From positions 30,196,001-30,260,000 of the forward strand of contig NW_024704742.1 of NCBI RefSeq assembly GCF_018977255.1: a stretch of 64,000 nucleotides of DNA, read 5' to 3'. This DNA comes from Callorhinchus milii (taxonomy: Eukaryota). Within the stretch, counting starts at the first letter, position 1. Every line of letters starts with the position of its first letter. Positions 1-13,772 of this stretch are shown here, piece by piece. Below the pieces are notes generated by a model, which worked only from the letters and a program-made list of their open reading frames with translations, was not told the origin of the DNA and did not search any database. The translations under genes and the position numbers were made by a program.

Positions 1-109
1 TAAAATGCAATTTTGGTTTGTTTTTGAGCTAATTCTTGCATTTGATCTAGCACCTTATCATATTGTTGAAACATCTTAAAATGATTTCATTGTAGTACTA
101 AGTGTAGCG

Positions 110-520
110 ACTGTATTTGTCGGTGAACAATAGCAGCCAAATTTCACATAGCGCCACAGAATCTTTTATATCCACCTGAACAGGCAGGCACTTTAACATC
201 TCATTTGAAAGACAGCATTTCTGACAATGTAGCACATTCCCAGTTTTGCATTTGAGTGGTTGGCCTGCCCTGCATTAGAGCGGTTGGCCTGCCCTGCATT
301 AGAGTGGTTGGCCTGCCCTGCATTAGAGCGGTTGGCCTGCCCTGCATTAGAGTGGTTGGCCTGCCCTGCATTAGAGTGGTTGGCCTGCCCTGCATTAGAG
401 TGGTTGGCCTGCCCTGCATTAGAGTGGTTGGCCTGCACTGTGAGCTCAAACTCACAATTGTGGAGCTGGAATTCACAATTATCTAAATCTGAGGTGAGAG
501 AGCCACCAATTGAATCAGGC
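110..520 (-). mobile_element. Old Deu-domain-type SINE hosting the minisatellite
   Basis: Shares motifs (gcagccaaattt, tccacctgaacagg, gacagcatttctgacaatgtagcac, gagctcaa) with the copies at 13300, 33225 and 33688. Confidence 0.6.
254..436. repeat. 24-bp minisatellite (GAGYGGTTGGCCTGCCCTGCATTA), 7 full copies plus a partial copy
   Basis: Copies start at 254, 278, 302, 326, 350, 374, 398 and 422, differing only by T/C at one position. Explains the 8-aa periodic ORFs. Confidence 0.97.
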
Positions 521-1757
521 TAATACTAACCTAGATGAAAGCCTCGTCGTTCCCTGTAAATTTCTATCTACATTTTTGCACTTCAATAATACACAAGATT
601 ACACATACTGTAGTTTATTATTAGTTATTTGGCCTAACATTTTACATCCTTGTTCAAAGGAGAGGTAGGAAAGTATTGATGAACAATGCAGGAAAGAATT
701 GATGAACTATTCCTACGTATGCAGGTTTCTCTTCTCTTCCCTCTCTCCCCAAACAGTTAACTTTCAAATAGGTCTTATTTACAAGACTGAGAATATATAG
801 AATTCAGTACTTTAGACTAGTATTGAACAGAATATGCTGATCTAATGACTCTTAGAGTCATTTTCGAACAGAGGTGATCCATTGAGAGAGCTCAGTCTCT
901 CCACTCCCCATATGAGTTTGGCAATTAGGCATAATCTACATGAATAAATTCAGTTCATTAACAAAATAGTCTCACCTGTAACTCATGTGTGTAAGTTCTG
1001 CCTATATGATACATGGAAAATACTGGAAAGAGAATAATAATAATAATAATCCTTGCATTTGATATTGCGCTTTTCACGTCGGGAGGACGTCCCAAAGCGC
1101 TTCACAGAACACACTGTAAAGTGAATTGACTGTATATTTGTGGTTTTAACTCTATGAAATTTGATACTGCAGTGCATCTAATATTCCTTCCTTCAGAGGA
1201 AATGGCTTTACACCATATCAGCATAATAATGCATAATAATAATAATGTGTGAACTGTATACACCGTATACATGGAATATAGATTATGTACTGCACACATG
1301 AGATAAGACAATCAGATCTGCAATGTAATGTAATAACCCACTCGCAGTTTAAGCACCAAGTAGCTTCTTTGCTCACGGTCAATGTGAGAGATTGCTCGCC
1401 TGTAGTCATGGTAACCGCCTTGCTATGACTGCTTCTGAAGCATTCTGGAGCATCAGCACCAAAAATATCTTACATCAGCTTTGACAAACAAAACACGTAA
1501 AATAGTACAAAGCAAAGCTCCTAACCAAGGTCAAATCTTAAAGAAGCGGCATGGACAAAACACACAAAATCCACAAAATGTTGCACACATACATCATCCA
1601 AACTGAAAATTAAATAAAGCTGTTTGATACAATACACGTTGATCATATGTAACTCATACGCCCCTCTATTGGTTTGCAGTTATATGGACTTCACATACAT
1701 AGTGTAGTATGCTTTATCACATACATTCAGCAGCTCCCCAAATGCTTTAGCAGAGGA

Positions 1758-2115
1758 AACAACAACAACTTGCATTTATATAGTGCCCCTCACCCAGGAT
1801 AGCGTCCCAGCGCACTTGATGGTGGCAGGGCGCAACGCCGAGCCGGGGGGAGATGACCGTAGGCGCGACCTGAAGATGGGGAAGGAGGGGGTAAGGCGGA
1901 GGGATAGAGGAAGACGGTTCCAGAGTTTCGGGGCGAAGTGGCTGAAAGCCTGACCAATGGTGGTACGGAGGGCATGAGGGACATGCAGAAGGCTGGAGAC
2001 AGTCAAGCAGAGGCAGCTGGTTGTGAGTCGGAGGGTAAGCAGATTGGAGAGGTAGGGAGGTACCAGGGCATAAAGGGATTTAAAAACAAGTGTGAGGATC
2101 TTGAAATCGATCTTG
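1758..2115 (-). mobile_element. L2 3' fragment
   Basis: TTIGQAFSHFAPKLWNRLPLSLRL; caacaacaac tail. Confidence 0.85.
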
Positions 2116-3391
2116 AAATGATTTCAGGCAAGGAAACTCCCCACTTGTAGAAATGGTCAAAGTACCATGTTGGGCAACAGCATACCAATGCTGTGTGATC
2201 CTAACAATAACAACAACAGCCACAATTGCATTTGTATAGCGTCTTTCACGTTAGGCTCTGGGACCAACTGAGAATATTACTGCAGCGTAGTTCAGTCCAA
2301 GTTGCTTTATTATTTTCAATTTGTTTAAACATACACATTTTTCATTCAACTAGGACACAAGCATATTCATGGCTCCTTCCCTCCCACATGCAGACTAGCA
2401 TCTCGGAATACTTAACAGTGGCAGAGCCTGACTCTGAGCCAGAGGGAGGAGACCGTAAACACAGTCTTTAGGCATGATTTGAAAATGCACAGCCACTGAT
2501 AGTGGGGCGAACGGAGTAAGAGTGAAAGGCTTAGTGACAAATTTTTGATTGTCTGGCGTGTCTCTTATCAACTGACCTCAGTAGCCGCTTGGTTACTACA
2601 AATTTCAGCTACACTCGGCTTCGCTCCTTCCAAGCTTATTCTGTGCCCAATTTAGCTCACCTAATTTAGGCGGCTGGAGATTTCAATCTGGAGCTTCCCT
2701 GACTACATTGGCTTAGTTCTACATTATGTGGTGTTTTATCCACTCAATGATTACTGAGCTCAGAATTACAATTTTGCATCTGTTCTCCTGAAATTTTAGT
2801 GGGGGAGTCCTGCAGTGCAGCTGCAGAAAAATGTATCATGCCGTCTTCCACCGAAATCTACTAATGTTCTCAGAAGCACTGCTGCACAGCGGAATGCGAT
2901 TCACATAATGATAGAAAATCACAGCAAGAGGAGCTTGTGCCAAGATTTTAATGAGCCAATAACACAAAAAGGTCAGTGTCAGGGAAACAAGTGTACCTCT
3001 TCTACCTCTCATCCAACTCAAATATGTACACAATTAATAACTAAACATTACATGACTATTTCTTTATGAGGAGAGAGAGTGAGAAAAGAATTAATGGTAT
3101 GTGAAGAACAAATCATGTAAATATTGCTTCACTGGCCATTTACTTAATGGACATTCATCTACAACACAAAATGTTCAAACACAATCCATCTTCTTTGTAA
3201 AAGAATCCTTTGGGCTAGGATGCCCTATAAAGCCATTAAATACAAAGTGAGGAACTTGGAAACTAACTCTGGAGGCCTTGTAACTGACCTAGTACCCTAA
3301 TTAACAGACATGATTATACAGCATAGATTTACATAAACAGATGGAGATAATTCATTTTCTGTAATAATTCATGTCCCTCATGAGATGAAGT

Positions 3392-4538
3392 TACAACAAC
3401 AACCTGCACTTATATAGCACCCTCCATGCAGGGCAGTGTCTCAGAGCGCTTAACAGTGGCAGAGCCTGACTCCGAGCTGGGGGGAGGGGGGAGGGGGGGA
3501 AGGTGGCCATAAGCATGGTTGAACAGGAATGTTATCAGGTGGGTCTTGAAAGATGGGAGAGAGGCGGCAAGGCAGAGGGACTGAGGGAGAGAGTTCCAGA
3601 GTTTTGAGGCGTAGTGGTTGAAAGCACGATTGCCAATGGTGGGGCGGACGGTGTGAGGGACGAGTAGGAGGCCAGTGCCAGTCGAGCGGAGGCGCTGGGT
3701 GGAGGTTGGAGAGATAGGGAGGTGCCAGGGAGTGAATGGATTTGAACACGAGTGTGAGGATTTTGAAGTCGATCCAGTCGGTGATGGGGAGAGAGTGGAG
3801 CCTGGCCAGAACTGGTGAGATGTGGGTACGGAGTTTGGTTCGGGTCAGTGTGCGGCCGGCAGAGGTGAATCCTGTGAATGGTGGATCTGGGGAGACAAGG
3901 GTTTTGGCTGCATATGTGAGAAGCTACAGTTGGCAGCAGACAATGTGGTGGAGGTGGCAGAAATCGGCACTAGTCAGGGACGGGATGTAAGGGAGGAAGG
4001 AAAGTTGGTGGTCAAACTAGACGCCTAGATTGCGCACTGGTTCATTGAGTCATTGAGCCCAGGGAGGTTGAGGAATTTAGATCCGCAGCAGTGAAGACAT
4101 TGACGGGAGCCAAGTAGTATGGCTTGTCCATATTCAGCTGCAGGAAGTTTACACTTCCAGGCCCTAATGTCTGCCAGACAAGCAGATTGAACATCGGTGG
4201 ACCTGGAGTTGGTACTGGAGAAGGCAAAGTAAATTTGTGCATCATCCGCATATATGTGGAAGTTTACCCCGTGTCTGCGGATGACATCGCCCAGAGGGAG
4301 CACAAAGATAAGGAAAAGAAGAGGGCTAAGGATGGAGGGCGGGAGGAGAAACCATTTGCTGATATGAAATGGAGGCGGTTGGTTAAGTAGGACTCGAACC
4401 ACACGAGTGCGGTCCCACTAAGGTGGATGAGGGAGGAGAGCTGATGGAGAAGGATGGTGTGGTTGAACGTGGCAGTGAGATCCAGGAGGACGAGGAGGCA
4501 GAGGGAGCCCTGGTCACAGATAGAGAGAATGTCTAGGG
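3392..4538 (-). mobile_element. L2-clade LINE fragment
   Basis: HGVNFHIYADDAQIY, LLVLLDLTATF and FKSIHSLAPPYLS peptides; caacaacaac tail at the left end. Confidence 0.92.
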
Positions 4539-6344
4539 AGAAATGTTGAAAGTACAAACGGTATATGATATTTTGAATGGAGTGACTTAAGGGGTTGAAT
4601 TACTTGTGTTTTGTTTATTATATGCTCTTATAGAAGAATGGTGCAGATTTTTAATGGAATCTCTATGCAGTGGGGGGTACAAATTACTCATAATTCATAG
4701 TACTTTTCTACGCACCTACTGATTTTTGTTAAGATAATTTTTTTATGATGTGTGATTATTGAATGTAAATAATGAAATTCAACTACATCTTGCATTTTTA
4801 TAGCGCCCTTCACGTGGGGTATATTGAGTTTGGAAAAAAGCATCATGTTGAAAGATTCAAATTCCAAAGCCCATCTATCTCTAAATTAATTCTGATTAAT
4901 TTTGTTTGGATTAAATCACTTTGTACAACTCTATCAAATTCAAAACAACATTGTCTTTCCCCAAAGATGCTTAAAATTTAGATCCTTACCCAGTTTATTG
5001 TCAAAACAAAATATAATAATTATTAATTTCAATAATACAGTACTTACTACTGTTACTCACACACTAAACATTCCAAACATTTTTCAGCACCAATTTAATC
5101 ACTAAAAGTCCTGAAAATGATTGTGTATCGTACAGTGCAGCATGATTTATAGCCAACTTCTAATCTAATAGCCATTATATCATACATCTATATGTAACCT
5201 TGCATAGAATACTTTATTTTGCATTTAAGTAAAACTAAAGTGTAAAACCTGTGCAAGTGATCAGATGTCAAGTACACCAACAACAACAAAATGGAAATGC
5301 AGGATACATGTGCTTTGAAGAATCAACAACAAAATATATTTGTACAGCGCCTTTCACGTCGGGGGGACATCCGAGGGTGTTGGTCAATCAATGTTTTGGA
5401 CCCAAGCTGAGGTTTGGAATTGGGGAGGGTAGGGGGAGGAAGAAGGGTGACCGAAGGCACGGTTGAAGAGGAGAGACTTGAGACGGGTCTTGAAAGATAT
5501 TAGCACCTAACAATAACATGAATTGTACAGTTTGAATTTACTTATGTCGTGACTAGGTCAGTCAAAGCTGACAAAAAAAGATTTTGTCCTGATTTATGAC
5601 AGGTGCATTCAAAGCATATCAACCAATCATTAATGACACTGTTCCTTCATTTCTGGGACCACGGTTCAAATTCAATCTAGACTCATGGAATGAACGTGTC
5701 TGCTGACCATAAAGGTCCTACAAAAATCTGAAACAATTTTAATCCAGTTAACAGTGAACACACCTTTCAACATAAATTTCCCAATATATGGCGCAAGTTG
5801 GCAAGCTTAGTTAGAGAAGCTATCTGTTTAGTCAAAACGTAAAGCAGAAAAATTCCGGGAAACAGATGTCAGTCTGGCTGAGATAGTAGCACTCTTGCCT
5901 CCGAGTCAGAGGTTCAGGAGTTTGAACTTGTATACTTTGAGTCTAGACTAACCCTCGAATACAGTGCTGCGGGTGTATTGCATTTTTTTCAAAAAGAGAA
6001 TAATTTTTCCCAATGTACTGGCCAAATATCCTCCAAATAAAATTGGTCATGTACTTTATGACTATTTGTGGGGCACTGTTGTGGCAAATTGGCTATTACA
6101 TTGGTCTGAAGTCACTGCACATTACAGTAAAAAGTGTTGGTGAGAACTCCTCCTCACCTGAAAGTGAGGAGAATTTCTCACCAATTGTAAGCATTATGTT
6201 TCATAATAGATGAAGCAATAATAAACGTAATTTAAGTTGTTTGATGTTGACACTGGGTACCCAAACAGAAATTGGTTTATTTCCAAACAATCAACATTCA
6301 TTAAAATAGTTGTTATAAAAGATAAGACAGTCATCTGGTGATAT

Positions 6345-6716
6345 GTGGAGTCCTGTAGCTCAGTGGTTAGAGCATTTGCCTCGCAAGCGAGAGTCCTAGG
6401 TTCTATTCCTCGCAGGGTGAAATGTTGGGCAAGTTTCCTTATTCCACATGCCTCTGTTTACCTAGCAGTAAGTAGGAACCCGGTTATTAGTCGATTGTTG
6501 GATCAATTTTCCTGGGACACTAATCCTTCAAAAAAAAAAAAAAATTTAGTTATTCAATCCACGACTGTCTGTGGGACACTGCTGTGTGCAACTGGCTGCC
6601 GTGTTTCTACCACAAATATACAGTCAATTCACTTCGCAGTATATTCTGTGAAGCTCTTTGAGACGTCTAGAAGACGTGATAAGGCGCTATATCAAATGCA
6701 AAGATTATTATTATTA
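6345..6716 (+). mobile_element. tRNA-derived SINE, long form
   Basis: Head gtggagtcctgtagctcagtggttagagca with A and B boxes, body, L2-like tail ending (TTA)n. Many copies in the window. Confidence 0.92.
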
Positions 6717-7699
6717 TATTTTTAATAAATAAGCATCAAGTCCAAATACAAGTCAATAACAAGTCCATTTATATTAAATCAAACAGCTATTTTGGGATTC
6801 ATAGTCCACGCAAATTTAAATCTGCAGTGCCTGCCATTCTGTTAACAGAAGCAAATTAAATATGTTTGACATCAGAATTAAGGCAGATTACCTGTGTTCC
6901 AATAATGGGATCAGGCTATTGTATCAGCACTGACCAGAAGGTGACTTAATGAAATCGGATTTGCATAACTTTCGTAAAGACAAAGGCAAGGTCATAAAGC
7001 TTGTTGGTAGTTTTGATATATATTTGACATCATTACATTAACCTAAGGGTTCAATGCCATTTCAACACTTAAGAGCAATATGAAGCTTCAATTCATGCCA
7101 CTTACAAGAAAGCTTGGCGTTGATCAAATTAAGACCTTCACTTAATAAATAACTTAATGCATTTCCTGCACACCATTTGAGAATTTGCCAAACATCACTG
7201 TTGAACCGCTCCTATACCGATTTGAATGTCCTGGCAACTTTCCTTATTAACCTAGTTTTTCACTATAAACCAGTACCACATTACCATTAATCATGGAACC
7301 TCACCTGTCAGATATCTAACTCAGTCTTCATTTCTAATCTTGAAGAAATTATTCTCTTTTTGAAAAACACATTTACAGAATGTCAAGTGGTTGGTTGATA
7401 AAAATGAGAACTATGCCATTTTAATCCTGAAAGTAGGTTTGGATTGCTTTACTTGTGATGATTACATTGATACCCACCTCCATTGCTGCATTAATGTCAA
7501 AGTAACTAGTTAAATTCATAAAATGCCTCAAATATTTAAAGGGTAACAAAATATTGAAGGCACAAATTTCTGTCTGAAATGTAAATATACGAGAAAATAG
7601 ATTAATGTTTCTGCATTATCTGGATCTATCCTCTCCCATCCTGGGTAACTCTAGAGCCACATGAAGAGGTGCAGGATGCACTCAGGATAGTCCCTGAGA

Positions 7700-9215
7700 A
7701 CAGTGAACCTCTCCCTGTCCACTAGTACTGCTTCTACCCCATTAAAAACGGCCGTCATCACTTCTATCCTTAAAAAAACCTATCTCTACTCTCAAACTAC
7801 CGCCACATCTCCAACCTCCCTTTCCTCTCCAAGCAACAATTTGTCCCGGAATGAGTTGTTGCTTCTCAGCTTCGCTCCTTCCTCTCCCGCCACTCCCCAT
7901 CATGAACCCCTCCAATCGGGTTTCCGTGCTGTCCACAGCACAGCACAGACCTAGTCAAAGTGACAAATGACATTTTGTCCATCTGTGACCAGGGCTCCCT
8001 CTGACTCCTCGTTCTCCTTGACCTCTCTGCTGCCTTCGACACCCTCGACCAATCTATCCTCATCCACTGCCTCTCCTCTCACCTCAACCTTCACGGCTCT
8101 GTCCTTGACTGGTTCAGATCGTACCTCTCACACTGCCTCTACTTCATCTCCACAAATTGTTTCATCTCTAGCCCCTGGACTCGTTCAGCATTCTTCAGCG
8201 CTTTGTCCTTGGTTCCCTCCTCTTCAATATCTATATGCTCCTTCTTGGTGGCATCATCCACAGACTAGGAGTCAACTTCCACATGTATGCGGATGACACC
8301 CAACTGTACCTCTCTGCCTCCACTCTTGACTCCAAGAACACGGCTGTCCTGACTAAATGTCTGTCAGACATCAAGTCCTGGATGAGAGCTAACTTTCTTC
8401 AGTTGAACGTCAACAAGACCAAGGCACTCCTGATTGGCTCCCGTCAGCACCTCCACACCTCAGGCGCTGACAGCATCACCATCCATGGTTGCACACTCCA
8501 CCTTACTAAGCCAGTCCGGAATCTTGGCGTCTTATTTGACCCTCAACTATCCTTTCTACCCCACATCTGTGTTATGAACCGCTCTGCCTTCCTTCACCTC
8601 CGCAACATTGCCCGGCTCCACCACTGTCTCACACCGCAGGCTGCCAAAACCCTCATCCATGCTTTCATTACTTCAAGGCTTAACTATGCAAACTCCTTGC
8701 TTCTCAGCCTCCCCAACTCCTCCCTCCATAGGCTGCAGATCATCTCCCACACCAGGCTCCATGACCCTATCACCCCAATCCTCGCCCAACTCCACTGGCT
8801 TCCCATCACACAGAGGATACAGGTCCTCACCTTCAAATCCCTTCTCAGTCTTGCCCCCCCCTACTTCTGCAACCTCCTAACCCCTATCATCCTGCCCACT
8901 TCCTCTGCTCAGCAGGCTCTGGCTTGCTTCACGTTCCCTGCCTCGCTCGCCCCACTATTGGTGAGGGGGGGGGCCTTCTGCCACTCTTCCCACCCTCTGA
9001 AACTCCATCCCACCGCACCCCCTCCCTTGCCTCCTTCAAAATCCATCTCAAGACCCTCCTCTTTGACTGAGCTTTCGATCACCCTGCTTCCCCACCCCCC
9101 CCCCTGCCCTCCACCCTCCCTGATCCTTAACTCGGGTCCGATATTCTGACTGTCCAGTGCCTTGGGGTATCCTCCTGACGTGAAAGGCACAATACAAAGG
9201 TAATTTTGTTGTTGT
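7700..9215 (+). mobile_element. L2-clade LINE fragment (RT)
   Basis: ORF 8235-9149 has FHMYADDTQLY...NFLQLNVNKTKALLIG...VRNLGVLFDPQLSF; upstream LQSGFR motif; ttgttgttg tail. Confidence 0.93.
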
Positions 9216-9744
9216 TCCAGCTGAATGTTATTGGCAGTTTGCTGTGGCACCCTGCCAGAACTACACTCCCAGTATCATGGATCTCCCGCACCATTAATTA
9301 AATTTAGTGGAGTCACTCCAGGTCACAGATAGACAATCTCATAATCCATCACCAGAGTGTCTTCTCATTCATGGTAAGAGTGTTAGTGCTCCATTAACCC
9401 AGTAAAAGCACACTTTTACTGGGAGACATTTTTATTAAATGTGCAAAATATTCCCCATTAAAATCAGTCTAATCTAACGGTATCTTTGATAAAATGTTTT
9501 TACAACAAGGAACAGGCTTAATGGCTTTTTATAATAATAATCCTTGCATTTGATTCGGTGTTATGTCGAGATGTATCCAAGTACATCACAGAATATACTG
9601 TAAAGTGGTGTAACCATTTGTATTTTGTAGGTGAATATATTCTTATATTGGATCATAAATCAGTTGTGAGACAGCCATTTTGAAATTTGTTCTGAGCTGG
9701 ATTAGATTTTTTTTAATATACTTTTTAGATATTTATATACACAG

Positions 9745-10111
9745 GTGGAGTCCTGTAGTTTAGTGGTTAGAGCACTCCCCTTCAAAGTGAGAGATCTGGG
9801 TTTGATTCCTAGCAGGGTGAAACGTTGGGCAAGTTTCCTTACTCCACACAGCTGTTTACCTAGCAGTCAGTAGGAACCCGGTTGTTAGTCGATTGGCAGA
9901 TCCTTTTTCAGGGATAATAATTCCTTCACAAAAAAAATAATAAATTGGTCACTTCAATCCACGACTATTTGTGGGACACTGCTGTGCGCAATTGGCTGCC
10001 GCATTTCGCCCACACAAATATACAGTCAACTCACTTTACAGTATATTCTTGGAAGCGCTTTGAGACTTCTTGAAGATGTGATAAGGCACTATATCAAATG
10101 CAAGGATTATT
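9745..10111 (+). mobile_element. tRNA-derived SINE, long form
   Basis: Collinear with 6345-6716. Confidence 0.92.
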
Positions 10112-12889
10112 TTTATATTGTATAAAACACATTTTACAGTAACATTTTAGAGAAATAAGATGATTTCCCAAATTGAATGCCGACCCCCACCTGCTACAAG
10201 CATAAACAATGAACCAAAGCCATTAAACCATTTTCTTTTGACCTCAGCTATAATATTAAACCTGGAGCCAGACCATTTAAAAATGTAATTCCAAATTTAC
10301 TAAATACAAACTTTGCACTAAATTTCATTTTGTATTCTGTTAACAATGCAATTCCTTGAAATATCTGCAATCCCCAAAGCTCCTTATTAAAACAGAATGG
10401 CTAATTAAAACCAGCATCAGTTAATTTGAGTGTGCAACAAACTACTTAGTCAAATCAAGTGATCATTTCTCTATGGAGTTTTCCTCCTCCCCTCCCCCAC
10501 CACACACGTATGGTTTTCTTTATTATGAATGTCACCCAATATGCATGCTGAAATATATTTTTAAAAATTACACACACATGGAGTTGTTAGGATATGGAAT
10601 ACCCTGCTGGGTGCAGTGGTCCAGCCAGAAACTACAACAACATCATCTTGCATTTATATACCATTAGCTTTCAAGCAAAAACTGTATTATTCTAACCATT
10701 AGCTTTCAAGCAAAAGCTACATAGATATATAAAAAGAGTAGTTTGAAAGGTTAAAAGGAAAAGGCAGGAAAGTGTGATTGAATGGATTGTACTTTCAAAG
10801 AGCTGGGACGGACAAGATGCGCCCAATATCTTTCTAAGTGTGTATGTATACTACATATAATATATATGTCATATAATAAAGTTCTACAGTTGCATGGATG
10901 CCCCTTGGACTTTTTCCCTGTATCCTGTCTGGTCTTGCCATGGAAGTTTAAGATACTGAATAATTAATAATCGAGGTTACAAGACCCAGTCAAGACGTAT
11001 GTTGGCGACACCCTCACAATGTAAAAGTGTTTACTTTTTTTAAGTTCCGTTTTTTCCAAGACAAAACATGTTAACTATTGTATGAAGAAACACTGTACAA
11101 CCGTACAGACAAACAAAAGGAAATATAATAAATATTTTCATCTGTAGTAAGGATGACAGGACATTAGAATAAAAAAATGTTTTCTTGGCATCGACTGGAA
11201 ACAGCCATGCAAACACCTAACTTCCTGCGGGTTAGTGGTGATTCCATAGTGGGCCAAACTACCACATTATAGCAGGATCAGCCTGTACTTCTACTCCCTA
11301 ATATTTGTCTCACTGCCATCCGAATAGAACAGAGTATCTATATCTTTTTGATGTCAGGAACCGGCTCAGTTTCTCTTTGAAAATTGACAGACAATTAGTG
11401 AATGAGCCTCTTGTATAAATAGTCCCTCAGTCTAAAGGAAGTGAAAGGATTATTCGATATAAACCGGCCATCGGATTATCGGAGATGGGTATTTGTCATT
11501 GAGAAATACTGCATTATTAGAACATTCTTTCTCAATCAGTTCACTATTTTGCAGTACTTTTGAATGTATATCTTTATGGCTTTTGCACTCTGTGCCGAAT
11601 AATACAAGAACCACAACAATATGCCTTTCATGCAGGGTAGCGTTTTGATAAGCTGAACAATGCTGGAGGATGACACTGTGCCAGGCTGAAAGGAGGGTGA
11701 GTGACTGTAGGCACAGTGGAAGAATAAAGTCTTCAGAGAGAGCCAGTTCCAGATTTTGGGGGCACAGTGGCTGATGACATGGCCCCCGATGGTGGTGGAA
11801 CAGAGGGGCTACCCAGAAGGCCCAAGTGGTCCGATTAACTGCAATACATGAATTAACTCCTAACCAATATAAATCTTCAATGCTTTACAAGCTTCATTCT
11901 ATGAAAATAAAATCTATTTTGCATTTAGATTGCATGACTAGAATCTCAAGACAGCAAATAACATGTTGTGCAAGGTTAACCAATGCTTCCTTCATATAAT
12001 AATACAGTAGTTATAAATGCTTACCTACTCTTAGAATCTTGGAAATTCATTCAAAATTCAGGATAGATTATAATTAAGCACAATACTGATAGTCAGTTGG
12101 TGGTGAAGACATGTAAAATATGGTCTTTAAAAACACAATAAGATTAAACAATTACAGAATTACTGGGTGCATCATTGCAGAACAATTTTAGGCTTCGGTA
12201 CTTAATTATCATTCTATGTAGGTGTGATTTAGAAACAGAAAACACATCTTAAATTGACCTCAAATCTTTCCTGATTTTCTACGAAAGATCAGGTGCCAAT
12301 AATCCTCATTCTTCTGAATAAAAGCATCTTTAAATATGGCCAGGCAGCACAATGGCATTGCCTACAAAACACACAGGAAATACACTTTACAGCAAATCCT
12401 GTGAAACAATAAGACATCTTCCTGATGTGAAAGGATTATTAGTATTATTCTGATGTATAAAAAAAGTTATGTAAAATCTCAGAAGGAAAAGAAAATCGCA
12501 CAGAAATGAAAGAGGAAAGGCAAATGAGTATTCTAAATCCTAAATCAAATTTAGAAGGAAGCAGAACATAGACCAGGGTAGAAAGGTTGCTTATTCAGGG
12601 AAGAATTAACACATTTAACAAACAGAAATTTTCAACCATTTGTGTTTGTGCACTGCTGCTTATTTTCCTAAATCTTTTCTTAAATTAGCTCCACATTCCT
12701 GCTTTTTCCTTATAGCCTTTAATGCTTTCAGTGTTCAGGTGCTTATTCTAGTTCACTTTTGAATAACTGTGTTAATGAATTTGAAAACAACAACTTGCAT
12801 TTAAAATAGAGTCCTTTATGCTGGGTAGTGTCTGGGAGCACTTAAAATAATAATAATAAATAATCCACGCATTTGGAAAAGCTCCTTTC

Positions 12890-13272
12890 AACAACTTGGA
12901 TTTATCTACCGCCCTCCACGCTGGACAGGGTCTCAGAGCGCTTTACAGGAATGGATCCCAGGGCTGAGCCAGGGAGAGGGGGAGGAAGGTGACCAAAGGT
13001 GCGGTCGAAAAGAAAGGTCTTCGGCCAAGACCTGAAAATAGGAAGAGAGGGGGCGAGGAGAAGGGAGCGTAGTGGCTGAAGGCACGGTTGTCAAGGGTGG
13101 AGTGGAGGATTCGGGGGACAAGGAAGAGGCCAGACCTGGTGGAGCGAAGGCAACGGGTACTGTTGTCAGGAGAGAGGTCAGAGAGGTGGGGGGAGTGCAG
13201 AGGAGTGGAGGGATTTGAAGACAAGAGTGAGGATCTTGGAAGTCGATCCTCTCTGGGACAAGCAGCCAGTGC
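12890..13272 (-). mobile_element. L2 3' end, same subfamily as 24610-26200
   Basis: Close reverse-complement match to 25780-26195, for example ggaaggtgaccaaaggtgcggtcgaaaagaaaggtc. Confidence 0.9.
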
Positions 13273-13299
13273 AGTCTGGCAAGGGCTGGGGTAATTCAT

Positions 13300-13772
13300 G
13301 TCAGGTCGACATCCCAAAGTGCTTCAGAGGATTCACTGCAAAGTAAAAGTATTGCTTTGTACTGTGTGGTTTGTGGGCAAAGGCAGCAGCCAGTTTGCGC
13401 ACAGCAATGTCCGACAATCGGCCAGGAAGTGAATGAACACATTTTATTTGGGGAATTATTGCCCAAGACACCAGAAGAAGCTCCCATCTCTTTTTTGAAT
13501 TGTACCATGGGATCTCTAATGTCAGGCAGACAGGATCTCGGTTTAATGTTTCATCCAAAGGACGGCACCTCCATCAATGCATCAACAATAATATAGTGAC
13601 CTTCAGCGGGATAGTAACTCAGGACACTTGCATCACACCTCCAACACTGCATTGGAGTGTCCTGCATTTAAATTATGTCCTGAATTTAGTGTGTCCTGAG
13701 GTACTGCAGGAGTAACTGTGAGCTTGTCTTGATGGTACAACCTTTTGACCCAGAGGCAAGAATGCTACCAAG
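13300..13772 (-). mobile_element. Old Deu-domain-type SINE
   Basis: ccatgggatctctaatgtc...ggtttaatgtttcatccaaaggacggcacctcc...ctgcattggagtgtc...gacccagaggcaagaatgctacc. Confidence 0.7.

Noticed and set aside
193..523. Repeat-peptide ORFs and a CRISPR-like appearance
   Set aside because: Head-to-tail 24-bp units with no unique spacers and no cas genes; a eukaryotic minisatellite.
8235..9149. 304-aa RT-like ORF (also 45201-46133) as an active or domesticated gene
   Set aside because: 5'-truncated, frameshifted L2 pieces with no endonuclease domain or ORF1.
10660..10715. 21-bp direct repeat accattagctttcaagcaaaa
   Set aside because: Simple local micro-duplication with no further structure.
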